The notes under the pieces are model-generated. The model did not search any database. It saw only the letters and a program-made list of their open reading frames with translations, and had not been told where the DNA came from. This document shows, in pieces, positions 10,953 through 24,173 of a stretch of 64,000 bases of DNA. A program made the translations under genes and the position numbers. This DNA comes from Tubulanus polymorphus (lineage: Eukaryota; Animalia; Nemertea). Position 1 is the first letter of the stretch; every line of letters starts with the position of its first letter. The DNA is taken from contig NC_134031.1 of the NCBI RefSeq assembly GCF_964204645.1, positions 2,170,001-2,234,000 on the forward strand, in the 5' to 3' direction.

Positions 10953-13900
10953 CTTCGTTTAATGAGAAATGCTGTTCATATACCATTCATAAAGACCTGA
11001 AAATATACAAGCGAAAATAAAAACCGCACCAAAATAACCGCGTTGAAAGTATCATATTCAAATTAGTAACGTTAGGTATTTCCTGTGATTTTTAAAAGGT
11101 TCATCAGGTTCTTTTCCTCGAATGGTGGAAAGAGTTCTATTCTGGATCGGATCGGTGGTTCTTGTCTGAATCCTAAATAGTCTAATAAAATATGCTCGAT
11201 GGTGATGTCTGAGTGCCTGGGAAGCGCTTCGGGGGGCCAAAATAGGGATGCTTTCAAAAACCGTAGTCGTCATTGGCAATTATATCCATCTTTCTTTGAA
11301 TTTTCTGCGATATATTCGTCGTCTAAAAAAAATCTAGGTCACCGATCGGTGGTGACGTTAATGAATATTTAGACGATGGGAATATCTCACTATCCTCTCC
11401 ACTTTTTCTCGCTGGGACATTTTCACGGAGAGAATGCGGCAAGCAAGAAAATGTCACCAGCTTACGCAAATATTCCGACCATCGCTAGCGATGTCAGTTT
11501 CGATAAAACGAGTAATTGAGTAGGTGACGAACGAAATAGATAATGTATTACTACGATTCTCTCGACTATTCCAGCACAGGCAAGTGAGCCTTTAAAAAGA
11601 TTTTTCAGAAATAAACGATATATTGGCGAGCTGAAAAAGTTCAGTCGAAAATAGAGTAAAGGGAAAATGTAGAAATGAAGAAAATGTAGGTTTTTTCTAT
11701 GAAGAGATCGTAATCGAAATGAGATGACGTGAAAAACGATTGAAAATTTAGATATTCGTTCTGGAAGTCTAATGCGGGTAATAATGGAATGCAGGTAAAA
11801 GAATTGAAAAATTCGTGTGTTTTCATTTATAGATCGTATAAAGCTTATAAAAAGCGGAAACTGGTTGCAAGCACAGAACGAAAACATCCGTTACGTTCAT
11901 TAGAGAACGTTGGGATGTCCTTGATTTATCACAGTGAACAATAGGCTTAATATATCGTGGGTATTTAACCCTGAGGTTTAAGATCAACCTTGATACCGAG
12001 TTTATGGAAAAACCGTCACGGATTATATACATTTAGAGGCATAAAATTCATGACAAATCGTTCGTCAAATATTGGTCCAAATTGGCTACACGATAAAACC
12101 CAATTGAGCTAAAGCCGTGATGCGACCGACGACGTAAATCGACGGTCGAATATCGCGCGAAGACAAATGAATAGTCATACGATGCCATCTCGATGTTTGA
12201 TTGATGTACCTCGGTTATGAAATGAAATTCCAGCTAGCAGAAATTGCGCTCTCGTTGCTCCGACATGAAAAATAGCTAAATAGTCGTCGGTACAAACAGA
12301 AATTGAATTCCGCCAGCGGGTGTATTCCTACGGCGTATAATGCTTTCATAAAACGATTTCCATGTTAGCGAGATGAACGGCCTACCTTTGTGGTAATTCT
12401 GCGCAAAATATTCCAACTCGGATCAGAGGACGCTCAGATTACGACGATGTTCTGTAATAACTCGCGAGGACTTAAGCTTATGTACCACCGGTACTGAACT
12501 TCATGCGATGTGGTCTGAGCTCAGAGAGAGAGAGAGAGAGGGGGAAGGGAAGAGAGCAAACAGGACGTTAGGAGAGAAGTTCATTTTTAGCAACCTGTTA
12601 TACACATCTGTTTGCACGCTATACGCGCTCGATACAGAGTAAACTTTGTTCTCTTCAAACAGATTATTTTGTTTCTTCGAGCGATGATTTATCGTATATA
12701 TAGGGCTTGCTTAGAGAATGAACGCCGATTATGAAGTGACAGTGAAATTACATTTAGTCACCAGCGATCGAACCCGGGTCTCGTTGGGGGGAAATCATTC
12801 GTGCTGAAAGCTATGATATGAACCTGGGTTTTCTTTGTATCTTATATCCATATTATGCCTTTTTAACCAGCAGAGTAAACCAATAGAACTAGCCCACTAG
12901 GCCAGGTTGGTGTCGTTTTTGAGTCGGGTCGGTCTATCGGTCGGAGTCGAGTATAGTGGACAGAGCGGGTTTTGATCTTAAAATAGGGATCGCCCCTGTT
13001 GTTTATTTGGTTTGTAAATTTCGTTAGATTTTTTGATCGAGTGTCCCTTACAGATCCACCACACCTGCCGGGAGCGAAACAGGGGGTTTGATTTTGAAAT
13101 CGGAAATCGAAGTACAGATATAGTTGTTTGCTCGGCGGTCTAATTTACAGAATTTTCTTTTTTAAATCGAAGTACATAATTGGAAATTCGGTTCTAGCGG
13201 ACAGTGCGGGAAAGTCTCAGTCTGTGAGGTTCTCACCACTGAGTGGTGGACAGTGAGGTCTCCTCCTCGAAAGCCGTGGTCGCCGCACCCTCTTCATAAG
13301 TTGTTGGCTATCAGAGACTAACACATATACGTGAAGTGGATGAATAAGGATATAGATATCGGGACGTAGGTTACAAGATTCTGGACCGCAAGTAAAACGC
13401 ACTCCAGCAAAAAGTGCCGCGTCCTCATCACCTCGCACGTATACCTAATCGAAATGTACTGAGCCCGCCGATAGAGGATATACGTATCTAAACATGTGTA
13501 CAGACACGTAACTTCAGGCATTGGGCCAGAAAACTATAGCGAACCCCCGTGATGCAAAAACTGCGCCTTATAAAAACGCGTCCAGAATTGAATCTTTTTC
13601 CGAGATACACCGAGCCATATATATATATCTATAATAACATTAACACCAGACGCTTGTTTAGCCGAGCAGAAGCGCGTGTTTTTTTTCTAAATTCGACGAA
13701 AAAAGAACGATCGCTTCCCTTTTCGCGCTCATCTCTAGCACGTCAGCGGGAGACCTTCGAGTCGAGTTTGCGGTTGTGAGACGCCTATTTCTCACGGTGT
13801 CCCGGCACCGCAAGCGCCCACTTAGCGCCGAGAACTTAAAAATCCCAGTGCGCTGATAATGACTCGCTTAAAAAACCATCTCGAAATTTGCGAAAAAAAT

Positions 13901-16900
13901 GCTCGCACTCAAGCATTCATTCCATTTCGAAAAAAAAGTGACGGACTGACGATTGTGGGCGGTGTAGTTTATGCCTGTCGCGTCCTGTTGGAAATTAAGT
14001 CAACCACTATCTACACGTACATATACAAACGGCTCTGAAATATTTTCAGTAGACTTCGTCACTCGGAAGACTTTCTGTCACGATCATCACGAGACTTGGA
14101 CGTTAAATGGGACGTAGAAATAATTCGAATATCATGTACGCACGACCTGCTTCACTCGTACGGCCACTACTGCGAGATGACAGATTGGAAAGCTGAGAGG
14201 TCGGCGAGAAGTTAAGATCGGGAAGTTGATCCTAAGGAGGGTGATGGATCGGAAGTGAAAATATAGCAGTTGGCAGATAACATCTAGACTGTCATCGTCT
14301 TTCCCGCTTATAAAATTGTGAACATAGATTTTAGCATTTTTTCATATATATATACATATATAGCAAAACACATATACATACCCATCATGTGTATGTCTGT
14401 GATGCGTGTGAATTTATTGATGTAAAACTAACCCCAGGCATTGCGTAATCTTTACAAGTGAAAATATTCGAAATTGGTATAATCATATACACGATAGGCG
14501 TGATCGTTACTAGACATGTAGACGCACAGTGTACCCCTGAATATTCCAGGAAAACGATGTTGACACAAAATGCGCGTTGAACTGGGGTGCGTCGAGTTTA
14601 GAGAAAACAAAAAAAATGTTTTTTGACAAAAAGTATGATGGAGCTATTGGGAAATTTATAGAAGGTTAAAGAAATGCTTATTTGATGCAACTGAAGGATA
14701 ATGCTGGCCATTTAAGATTTTAGGAAGTAATACGTTTTACATTACCTAAGCAATTTCATCCCAGTAGTGGTCGGTATATAACTCACAGTTACCGGACTAA
14801 GACCGTTGGCGTTCCGAAACTGAATCACATAATACGTATATACACTTCTCATCACTCAGTCTATTCCCTACTGTTAAAAACTACAAAATGAACCCCAGTC
14901 AGTCGCTTGCCGGTTCAGGTTGGTCGGAAGATTGTTTGAATGAACTGGAACCGAGATCTCTCCAATCATGTACTTCGATTTAAACAAAAAGAATGCCGTA
15001 AATTCGATCACCGATCACACAAATATATCTCTACGTCGATTTCCGATTTCAAAGTCAAACCACCTGTTTCGCTCTCGGCAGGTGTGGGGTTTGTAAGGGA
15101 CAGCAAATCAAAGCAAATCAAACGAAATCTACCTAAGATAAGATAAATAACAGGGTCGATCCCTATTCTAAGCCTCTAATATCTGCTTTTTATGTTCGAT
15201 GAATTAATTTGACCCGTGTTGATAGCATGCAAGTCAAAATTGTCGGCTATTTATCATCATTACGAAAAATCGACGTCCACAACTCGGAAAACGCTACTGT
15301 ATTGCGCGGGTTTTATAATTCCAGAGGCGAACTGACATTTATAGAGTATACCCAGCGAATTAATTAATTACAAACCTCCGTTAGGGATTAATAATATAGT
15401 GGAAACTATCCGACATTTAATCATACCTGTTATCGCTTCTGGTAAATATCAGAATCGCTGATAATGTTTATGGCGATTTTTTGCGGCGACCTACTCGTAC
15501 CGGGGGTTGTTATCGTTAAAATGGCTACTCGAATATAACCCAATCCGACCCGTAAATTGAATTTGCAACGATCGAAAACCTTTTCGTTCATTCGAAATGC
15601 CCCGTTCTCGCTGTTTGCGGTACGTGCCAGATAAGAGGCGAGTAATACGGCTATAAGATATGTTAGTGCTATTTGCTTTTACGCCCTAAACGAATGACGT
15701 CATTACGCTATCGTGACGTCACACTACACCCATTCTATACCCGCCGGCGCCGTACACAGAGTACCCTCTGTGGCCGAGTCTTACCTGGTTCACAGATTAC
15801 GATAATCCAGCGCTTGTTCGCCAGCGGTAATGTTTAGAATCTATGGATAAAATCCGAACTGTTGTTTGTTTACCTCGCGCTCGATGGCGGGGCGTGTGAA
15901 TCCCGACTCAGACTCCCGGATATCGATTCATTATTCCCGGTATTATTACGCGTGGATGTAACTGACGAGAATTCCGTCGACGACAAAACAAAAAATCCTA
16001 CTGGGAATCGCAACGAATCCCAACGTGTATTTTGTCACAACTGTAACGACAATAATTGCCTTCCAATTATTTCATTAAGCGCAGCTGCGTAGCCCTGCCG
16101 TAGCCCACTGCGGTGTCTAGTTTAGCGCGAAAATCCCGAAGCTTTTGCTATAAGCATCGCAGATGGAAGCGTCGACTATTATGAGTCACGTCGTCCGTAC
16201 AGGTTTACCGAACGACAGCTGTCTGACGAACGATACCCCGTATTTGTATCGACACATGCATTTTACAACCGAAGTCAGTTTTAATCGAATAATATTTCAC
16301 AAACGCAACTCGATGTCTACTTAATCAGATGAATAAGTGCGCGTTCGAATGAGGCAATTCTTACCGGCATTAATATTAGCGTTGATATATAGTCAGTAAC
16401 CTGATTGTGGCTTAGTTTCACAATCGGATATTTTCACAAACCACATTTGTTGGTATAAGCCCATCAGATTATAAAAAGCTTACCACCAACGATTAGGCAA
16501 CTAACTCGTTGATATACGGCCTGACGGGATTTAGAAATTTACAAACGTTCGCCCTGTGTCTGAGAGCCTTTAACGATGTTTCATTTCTTCGAGCGAGTCG
16601 AGCTGTGTTCAATAGATGCGAAATGCATTTTATAGTTTTATGGCTAAACAGAGTCGATCTTGAGGACAATAAACTCCGAATTCGGGTTTTTGTTCCCAGA
16701 CGATGACGATCTGACGGAGCTATACACACACAACAAGTGACGACATCCTTTATTCAATTTATGCTATGCTACCTTTAAGAAGACCCTCGACGTAGTATTC
16801 ACAATGCAACCTAGTTATAAACCTCTAGAGAAGGGGCGCGCCAATTGTTATACATATATATAATATTGACATTGACAAAGAATTTATAAACGCGACACAA

Positions 16901-19461
16901 ACTCCGTATTTAAATACATACTAACACCGAAACTCTACCTGTAAAACTCTCTTCAACGGCGCGATGATGGTTTTGGTAGCACGGCAAATAACAGCACGCA
17001 AGCACCGATATAAACCACGTTTTCAGAGTCGTTCCTCCCTATCCTGCTATCTCGCGTCTGATACAGAAACAATCAATGTTTGTTTGAGCCAGAAACGCGT
17101 TTCCGATTCGGCCGTCGTCGCTCTACACCGACGCTAAGCGCAGACCCGGCGGGTGTATGCGCAAACGGGAGTCAAAACGAGTGATCGATTCCGCGTCGGT
17201 TTGCGAGTTTGTCGAGTTGTTAGATATATATTCTCTCTCCCAAGGAGAATCTAATCAATTAGACTCGGATGCAAAGGCGCAGGCACGAGTCGAAGTTCGA
17301 GCGAACGAATGAACCCTTACAGTGTAAGCGTGAATAAGCAATCTCTCTCACAATACAGCTGCCTTGAGAATTGATGCATCGACGTGCAGAAACAATTTGA
17401 AACTTTACTTACCTTTCGAGCGTCGGTTTCGACTGTAACATACACGCGTGTATATGAAAGCTAAATGCTGTACTTATGACGTACAAAGCGGGTATAGAGT
17501 TGAGCGTTTATTTTGAACCCGCCGGTGGTTGAAAAACTCACGCAAACCCGTGTTACGTCGAACAACGGTTGCTTTAGTTATGAAAAGCTGAGGAGTCTAT
17601 TGTCATGGCGACGGTATAGCTCGATTCATCCACCTGTCGATACGTCGTGTATATCGGCGGTGACGTGAGCGGTTTTTGTTGAAATCAAAATTAAATGAAA
17701 ATAAAGTTTCTTACCGCTATTTTAGAATAAAAATGCTTACATAAATACGTAGATATAGAATATTATATTAGGATTAAGTTTATATAGGAAATATAATGGA
17801 AAACATTATATTAACTAACTTTTTATTATTCCGTGAGCTGCGGTCAAAAACTTCAAAATATTTTTTTCTAAATAGTTTCTCGGGCTGAGAATGACCCCTG
17901 AAATCGTCTGCGGTCTTCGAGACTCAAATAGAAAACAAGTTTGTGATATTAACCACGTATTAGACCTAGACTTCTCAGCACTTCGTCGGAAGTCAATTTT
18001 TATTCCGTAGAATCGATGATACACATCCGGATCACGTGGTCTCCATAGAGGAAGCTTACTCCTGTCTCGTAAATTAGAAATCATTAAAACTAATTAATGA
18101 AGTCATTGCGTTGTCATTCACCGAGCTAATCGATGTCCTGGATGAGACGAATCTGCAACTATTGATGCTGTTGTTAGTTGCGTGGATGGGACTGATAGAG
18201 GATGTAACACGGTGATAAGGAGTCAGTTGGTACAGTGGTACAGTTCCTCATAAGCAACTGACTTATCGTGGTCAAACGTGGTAGATATGAAATTTATTAT
18301 CTATCAACTATTCACATTATCAAACATTAGAGAAAGCCCGTCGTAATTGAGAATTTTGAAGAAAAAGAGTCATTTTGAAAAAAAACGTTTTAAAAATTGC
18401 CAGTTTTAGCCTTAACCAACACCTTACCTACTTCTTTTCGTTGAGATAAGCACAGTTTAAGCGTGATCAGTGCAAGAACTTCAGTAGAATCAATCCTATA
18501 ACAGTTAACTGATTTTCGACAATGTTTCAGCGCAGTCACAACAGAGACAATTACGACTGTTTCACATATATAGCGCGCTCTCTCTCGCATTCAAACGACT
18601 CCCCGAATTACTTATATACATACATGCATACAGTCTATAGCAAATAATAGCCCCGGTTCTAAATAAAGGGTAAACATATTTATGTACATACGTTCGATGA
18701 CATGTCAACAAGTTTCAGAATTATAGAGTTCGACCTATTTCTGCGGCGGCGAAATTGTCCTTTGTCTATACATATATATATATATATACAGAGGAGGAGA
18801 CTCCGCCCCTAGTGCTGATTAAATCACGACATTCTCGCACAGTCGGTAATTGATCTAATCATAAGCCTTTTTTTATTCTAAATGCTCATTTCTATTTTGT
18901 GTGGGTTGTTCAAACAATGTCGAAACGAAGAATACTTCATTTTTTGTCTAGTTGTGAAAGATGTCTCAGGTGGTAGGCTCAACTACGTAAGACCTTCATA
19001 ATTTGTGCAGTATTGTTTTTTTTTCATCTGGTGGCTTTCCACCATTCTAGCTGCGCACGTAAAACGTTATTACGGAATAAGACAAAATTATTTCAAACTT
19101 TGTCCACTTTTGAACTCGCTGTCATTGAGAACTTTATATAGGACAATATGAAATTGTTTGAAATATTTCTATGCTATTGTCTTGTTATTGTTATATTTAC
19201 TGCCAAATTGTAAAATTTGATTATTTTGTATATATTTACTATTTCTGTTACATTCAAAATTACATTCAATGAGCTACAGAAATATGAATGTGATGTAATT
19301 GTGATATTGTGAAATCGATCTATTTTTTGTTTCGAACCGTAAATTAGACGCGTTCAATTCGTTTACCTTGTCGCAGCGCCCGATACCTTCTCTAACCTGA
19401 TTCAAATTATAACGTTGTCCTCCAGTCGTGGCGTTGTATACGTTTAAAAGACTCTTCGTGG

Positions 19462-19515
19462 AAGAGAGAGAGAGGGAGGGAGGGAGGGAGGGAGGGAGGG
19501 AGGGAGGGAGGGAGG

Positions 19516-19564
<49 letters not shown>
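19462..19564. repeat. (GA)n/(GGGA)n polypurine microsatellite
   Basis: Seen directly. Confidence 0.95.
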
Positions 19565-19569
<5 letters not shown>

Positions 19570-20096
19570 GTGAACAGATTTATTGATGTATATATGTATC
19601 AATTTTATTGGTAGCAAAATATGTTCTGATACATATCTTAAAACGCCTCAATTTGAAACTTAATCATCAACAGAGTGGAAGTTCAGACATGTTTTCCCAT
19701 ATTGAAAATAAAATTGTTATAAATAAAAAGCAAATGATTTTAATTCGTTACTATATAGATCAAGAACCAGAAAATCAATTGGTGGAAACGTTACTAATTC
19801 CTAATGCCATATCACACGTCATGGATATATGGGATCATTGCACATGAATTCATAAAATAAATCATAGCTATATTCATAATATTCATTAAATAAAGAATAT
19901 AACGAATAAACCATTCACATTGAAATCACAGATGAAATCATATAATATAGATGAAAACTAGATTTAAAAAATAATTTCTGATTAATACATATCCTTTAGT
20001 TAATACATCGTAAGAATTGTCAATCGTGAGAATTGTAACTTCAATCTATGTATTTTTACTACAATCTTTCTACGTCCATGTATAAACTACTCCTTA

Positions 20097-20316
20097 GGCT
20101 AAAAAAAATTGATACCTTGTTTCTCCGCTCTGCTGAGCTTAAATGTTGACCCGGCCGGCCGCCTATCTACCCTATACATTACTTTTTTTAAAATCGTGAT
20201 CAATTTTACCATAACAGACCCGGCCGCTATAGAAATGAACTGTTTACAAATTTTATCAAATTTTACAAAAATGACCCGGCCGCTGCGGAGAAACAAGGTA
20301 TCATTTTTGTTTAGCC
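20097..20316 (+). mobile_element. 220-bp PIF/Harbinger (Tourist-like) MITE, family C, copy 1
   Basis: TIR GGCTAAA.AAAA.TGATACCTTGTTTCTCCGC; TWA flanks; five near-identical copies in the window. Confidence 0.85.
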
Positions 20317-20872
20317 TAATTAAACCTAGACCTAATTCCACGTTAAAGATATCTTAGTCAATATATGCCTTTTGGACGTGTCTTTTAGGAATAGGTCGCC
20401 ATTACTACTTGTATCGCCATAGAAAAGTTGACGATCATACCGACCATGAATGACAGCCCTCTGGCGGGTTGGGGGATGTGACACTGGTAGCTGATAGTGT
20501 GCAGTACGCGACTGATCAGAAAGATTCTGAAGTGATAAATGGCGACGGTTTGATCCGGGTTGATAACCAGGTAGAAAAACGCCAGAATGATGAACGGAAT
20601 TATGTTTTCGATGTCGTTCAGGTGATTTCTGAAAGATAGAAATATATATGAAATGAACTAGAGGTAATTTCGATCACAACAGAACGATGGAGTAAACAAG
20701 TAACACAGTCGGATTATGTGAAATAGGTTCGATTTAGAACATTCTTTAATTCGCTTCCTGGTGAATTGCGAATTATCTTTCAGAATCCCTCATCAAAATC
20801 AGGGTTCATTACTGATTCTCAGAATATGAGATTTAGATCAATCTCAAAACTGTCAGAAAAATAAACTCTTAA

Positions 20873-21092
20873 GGCTAAAAAAAATTGATACCTTGTTTCT
20901 CCGCTCTGCTGAGCTTAAATGTTGACCCGGCCGGCCGCCTATCTACCCTATACATTAATTTTTTTTAAATCGTGATCAATTTCACCATTACAGACCCGGC
21001 CGCTATAGAAATGAACTGTTTATAAATTTTATCATATTTTACAAAAATGACCCGGCCGCTGCGGAGAAACGAGGTATCATTTTTGTTTAGCC
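20873..21092 (+). mobile_element. Family C MITE, copy 2
   Basis: Same sequence; TAA target duplication on both sides. Confidence 0.85.
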
Positions 21093-23365
21093 TAATATCA
21101 TCGATTTTGGGATTATTCATTAACTTCGCCATTGATATATCAGATAATCCACCCAACGACCGTTCTTCCTGCGGTACTAGTTTTTGACCCGCGGTTGTTC
21201 TATACTTTACCGTCTAACGCGTTCAACTCCGTCATGATCGAACACCGGTTGAACTTTTTCACCCGATCTCGTCTTGAGTCCTTTACAATCTTCTGGGTTA
21301 GAAAATACCTGTACAAATAAAAGCGCAAACCAAAATCGGTCAATACAAGAGATATAAGTAAAGAAGGAATTGATAGTAGAACTGTATGTACGTATACGGA
21401 TATAGAACCAGGGACCTATCAAATGTAAAGGTTCACAGCTAAAGCCCTAGCTCCGAATTAAACCTTGGGCCCAAAATCAAACGAAGCAAACCCATGGACA
21501 CATACATGAGTGAACTAATGCCACAAAGTATGTATAAAAGGCTGTGAATATCATCTATTGTCTATACACCACGAAGTCCATGTCTAGACACCCGAAATTA
21601 CTGAAATAGCTGAGGAAGGTCACTTTATCCGAAGTCAAAACCGAAATATTACATATCATTCATTATATACAGATATATCGCTTTAAGTCAGTATTTCATC
21701 TCAACTGATTACAGCTAATGTACAATGTACGTCAATGTAAATAAGTAAATGAGTACAATTAATACAAGGTCAATAATAGAAGGCCATGTTGTCAGCTAAC
21801 GTACGTACCTTATTGGTATACCGCTGTCTCACTGTAAGAGGAACCATCAGCAACATCTTCAATATGCATAATGTCGAGTAGAATACGTATGCGGCAAATA
21901 CTGGATTTTCGAGTGAAAGTGTCGCCGGTGCCATTGTGAAGGGAGATATGTTATTCGCGCGAGTCCTGATCTGGTCTGCTTGCTCACGATAAACACTCGG
22001 AAAACTTATAGTTCGCAGTTTTGTGTGTAGATGGCGGTAGTCGTCTTTATGAAACGACTAGATAACAAATTCAACTGCGCCGAGGGACACACATAGGACA
22101 TAGATTGAGATGTATACATCTTATCAGTTCAGAGCCAAGTTACATTAGCCAAGAGTGATTTTAATCCTTAACACTGATCTTGTTGTTAGATTGGCTGTAG
22201 ACCTGAGTTGGTCTTAGATATGGTATTCTAACATTGGTACCAGCTTCGCGAAACTGGGGGTCTAGAGTAGAGGGTTGTCGTATTCTGACAACAGACTGAT
22301 GTTTTCCGTAGTTTGTCAAGAAAAATTAGAATCCCACAATTTTGCCTCAATTCTTTCATCAGAGTCATTCCGAAACTGTAAGAAAAAAATGAAATATGAT
22401 TATATTGATCAAATGTAGGATTTTAATTTTGTCAGTTTATTTTCCGTTTAAAATGAATTTCCATTGACTCAAACGCTAAAATCGAAACATATGAGTTTTA
22501 AAAAAAGAAGTCCACAATTTGAGGACACCGTAATTTGTTCATGTACCGGTTTACCAAAACAACCAATTCACATTTTGTACGCAGTTAAGTTCTCAGATTC
22601 CAGATGATATCAGAGGATGGTTTTGCCCATGGCGGAAAAGCCGGGTTTAGAATTCGCGTTTGAGGGAAAATGTACGTAATTGTAATAAAATGACTTTTTA
22701 TTTATTTTCATATACAGTCAATCTTCGGATGATTTAGAATCGTGTATAACTATAATACACACTTTGAGCATACAATTAAATTGTATCTTTCCACGTTTCT
22801 TTCCCTAAACGCCGCTATTTCACCGATCCCACGATGTAGCCTATAATACCTACATCTTCACAATAACAACTGGGTCAAAGAATATTTGAACAATCGAGAC
22901 TCGTGATACGACGCACAATAAAGCCGCCCAGGCTCACCGAGCCTATTTCATATTGAAATGTTGTTCTTGAAGAGGATGAAAAGCGATCATCTTGAAAGTT
23001 CACATCAAACTGCGTTCTGTGCCGCGGGCAATAAACGCGGATGTCCTCGATATAGAGTTCGTGTAAGACTGCTGGCATACGCCGTGTCGTATCAAACATA
23101 GTACGATACGCGAGAAGAGAATCCTCCTTGAAAAGACAACTAACCTTAAAAACTTAAGTAGTTTTACACCTCGCTTACGTTGCGCAAGATTCCGTAATAT
23201 CTCGGGGAGATCCTAAATGCACCATTTTCCGCAAAATAATCAGAAAATTCTTCGTCGGGTTTCGTATGTCTCATGTGGCAAGGGGTTCACTTTGGTGAAT
23301 ATATAAATACCTGTTGTACGCGTATCGCTTTATGCTACGCAAGTTTTTCGGGGAAATCCTAAATG

Positions 23366-23471
23366 TACGGAAGAGCATTGCGGCCATATGATTTTTTTCT
23401 AACTCGTGATTATTTTCTACTTTTAAACTCGAAATTTCGAAAAATTCATATGGCGGCAATGCTCTTCCGTA
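23366..23471. mobile_element. Short TA-flanked inverted-repeat element (MITE) upstream of HES
   Basis: TACGGAAGAGCATTGC.GCCATATGA...TCATATGGCGGCAATGCTCTTCCGTA. Confidence 0.6.
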
Positions 23472-23669
23472 TATATGCGCCATGAATTATGCTAGATTTC
23501 TGCAAAATATTCAGAAAATGCGCCATTCGAATGTGGCTAGAAATGCACTTTGGGGGAATATAAGTGCCTGTTTTCTATGGGAAATGTTGTCAACATAATA
23601 AGTAATAGGTAGTCTACATTCATGCCAGAAAATCTTTCGGGTCAATCTCAATTACTTGCACAATCCTCA

Positions 23670-23955
23670 AAATTAAGATGGCTTACATCTGCGCTTCCTG
23701 GTTACGCATTTCCGTTTGCGCACGTGTTCGCGTAAGCTCGAATTCAAATATGGCGCCAAATGATGGCAGACGACACGACTATTAATAGCATCCAATGACG
23801 CATGCGTAACGCGTGTCCACGATGTATTCATTGGAATGTGCCAGCTCATTCATATTCAAACGCCGAAAAGGCGCCCGACGTCCGTCCAATCACAGACGCG
23901 CTGGCACGAGGCGACTGCCTATAGCTCGTTATCTATCGAAGTCGTTGATTGGTTG
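23670..23955 (+). promoter_or_regulatory. HES proximal promoter (CCAAT boxes, YY1-like ATGGCG, N-box CACGAG)
   Basis: CCAAT/ATTGG at ~23792, ~23830, ~23886, ~23948; N-box CACGAG at 23905-23910; CpG-rich; 200-500 bp upstream of ATG 24174. Confidence 0.5.
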
Positions 23956-24173
23956 AGAGTATCGGAATTTTTGATAACCAACCTAATTCACCTGAGATGA
24001 TTCTGACATTCGCCGGAGATTCATCGGACATTTCGGCCCACGCTCTCGACAACCCAAACACATTAATACCTCACCGCAATTATTTTCGGTAGCGAACCGG
24101 GTGCTTGTGATATTCCATCACAGCGCAGATACCTATCAACTACTCAACTTCATTCGAGAAAGATCGGGACAAG

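Noticed and set aside
12755-12820. tRNA-like B-box (GGTTCGATC on -), and GGTTCGAATCCC at ~34741
   Set aside because: No cloverleaf or acceptor stem can be formed; at most decayed SINE heads.
13190-13475. RNase MRP/P-like GGGAAAGTCTCAG with downstream CTGAGCC, or a C/D-box snoRNA on the minus strand
   Set aside because: The CR-V match is poor, no convincing P1-P3 helices or terminal stem were found, and there are no U3 boxes; an Infernal/Rfam scan would settle it.
20099-20357. Recurring ORFs 'MIPCFSALLSLNVDPAG..' / 'RLNKNDTLFLRSGRV..' (also at 20965, 36261, 36277)
   Set aside because: Translations of the 220-bp non-coding MITE, not a gene family.
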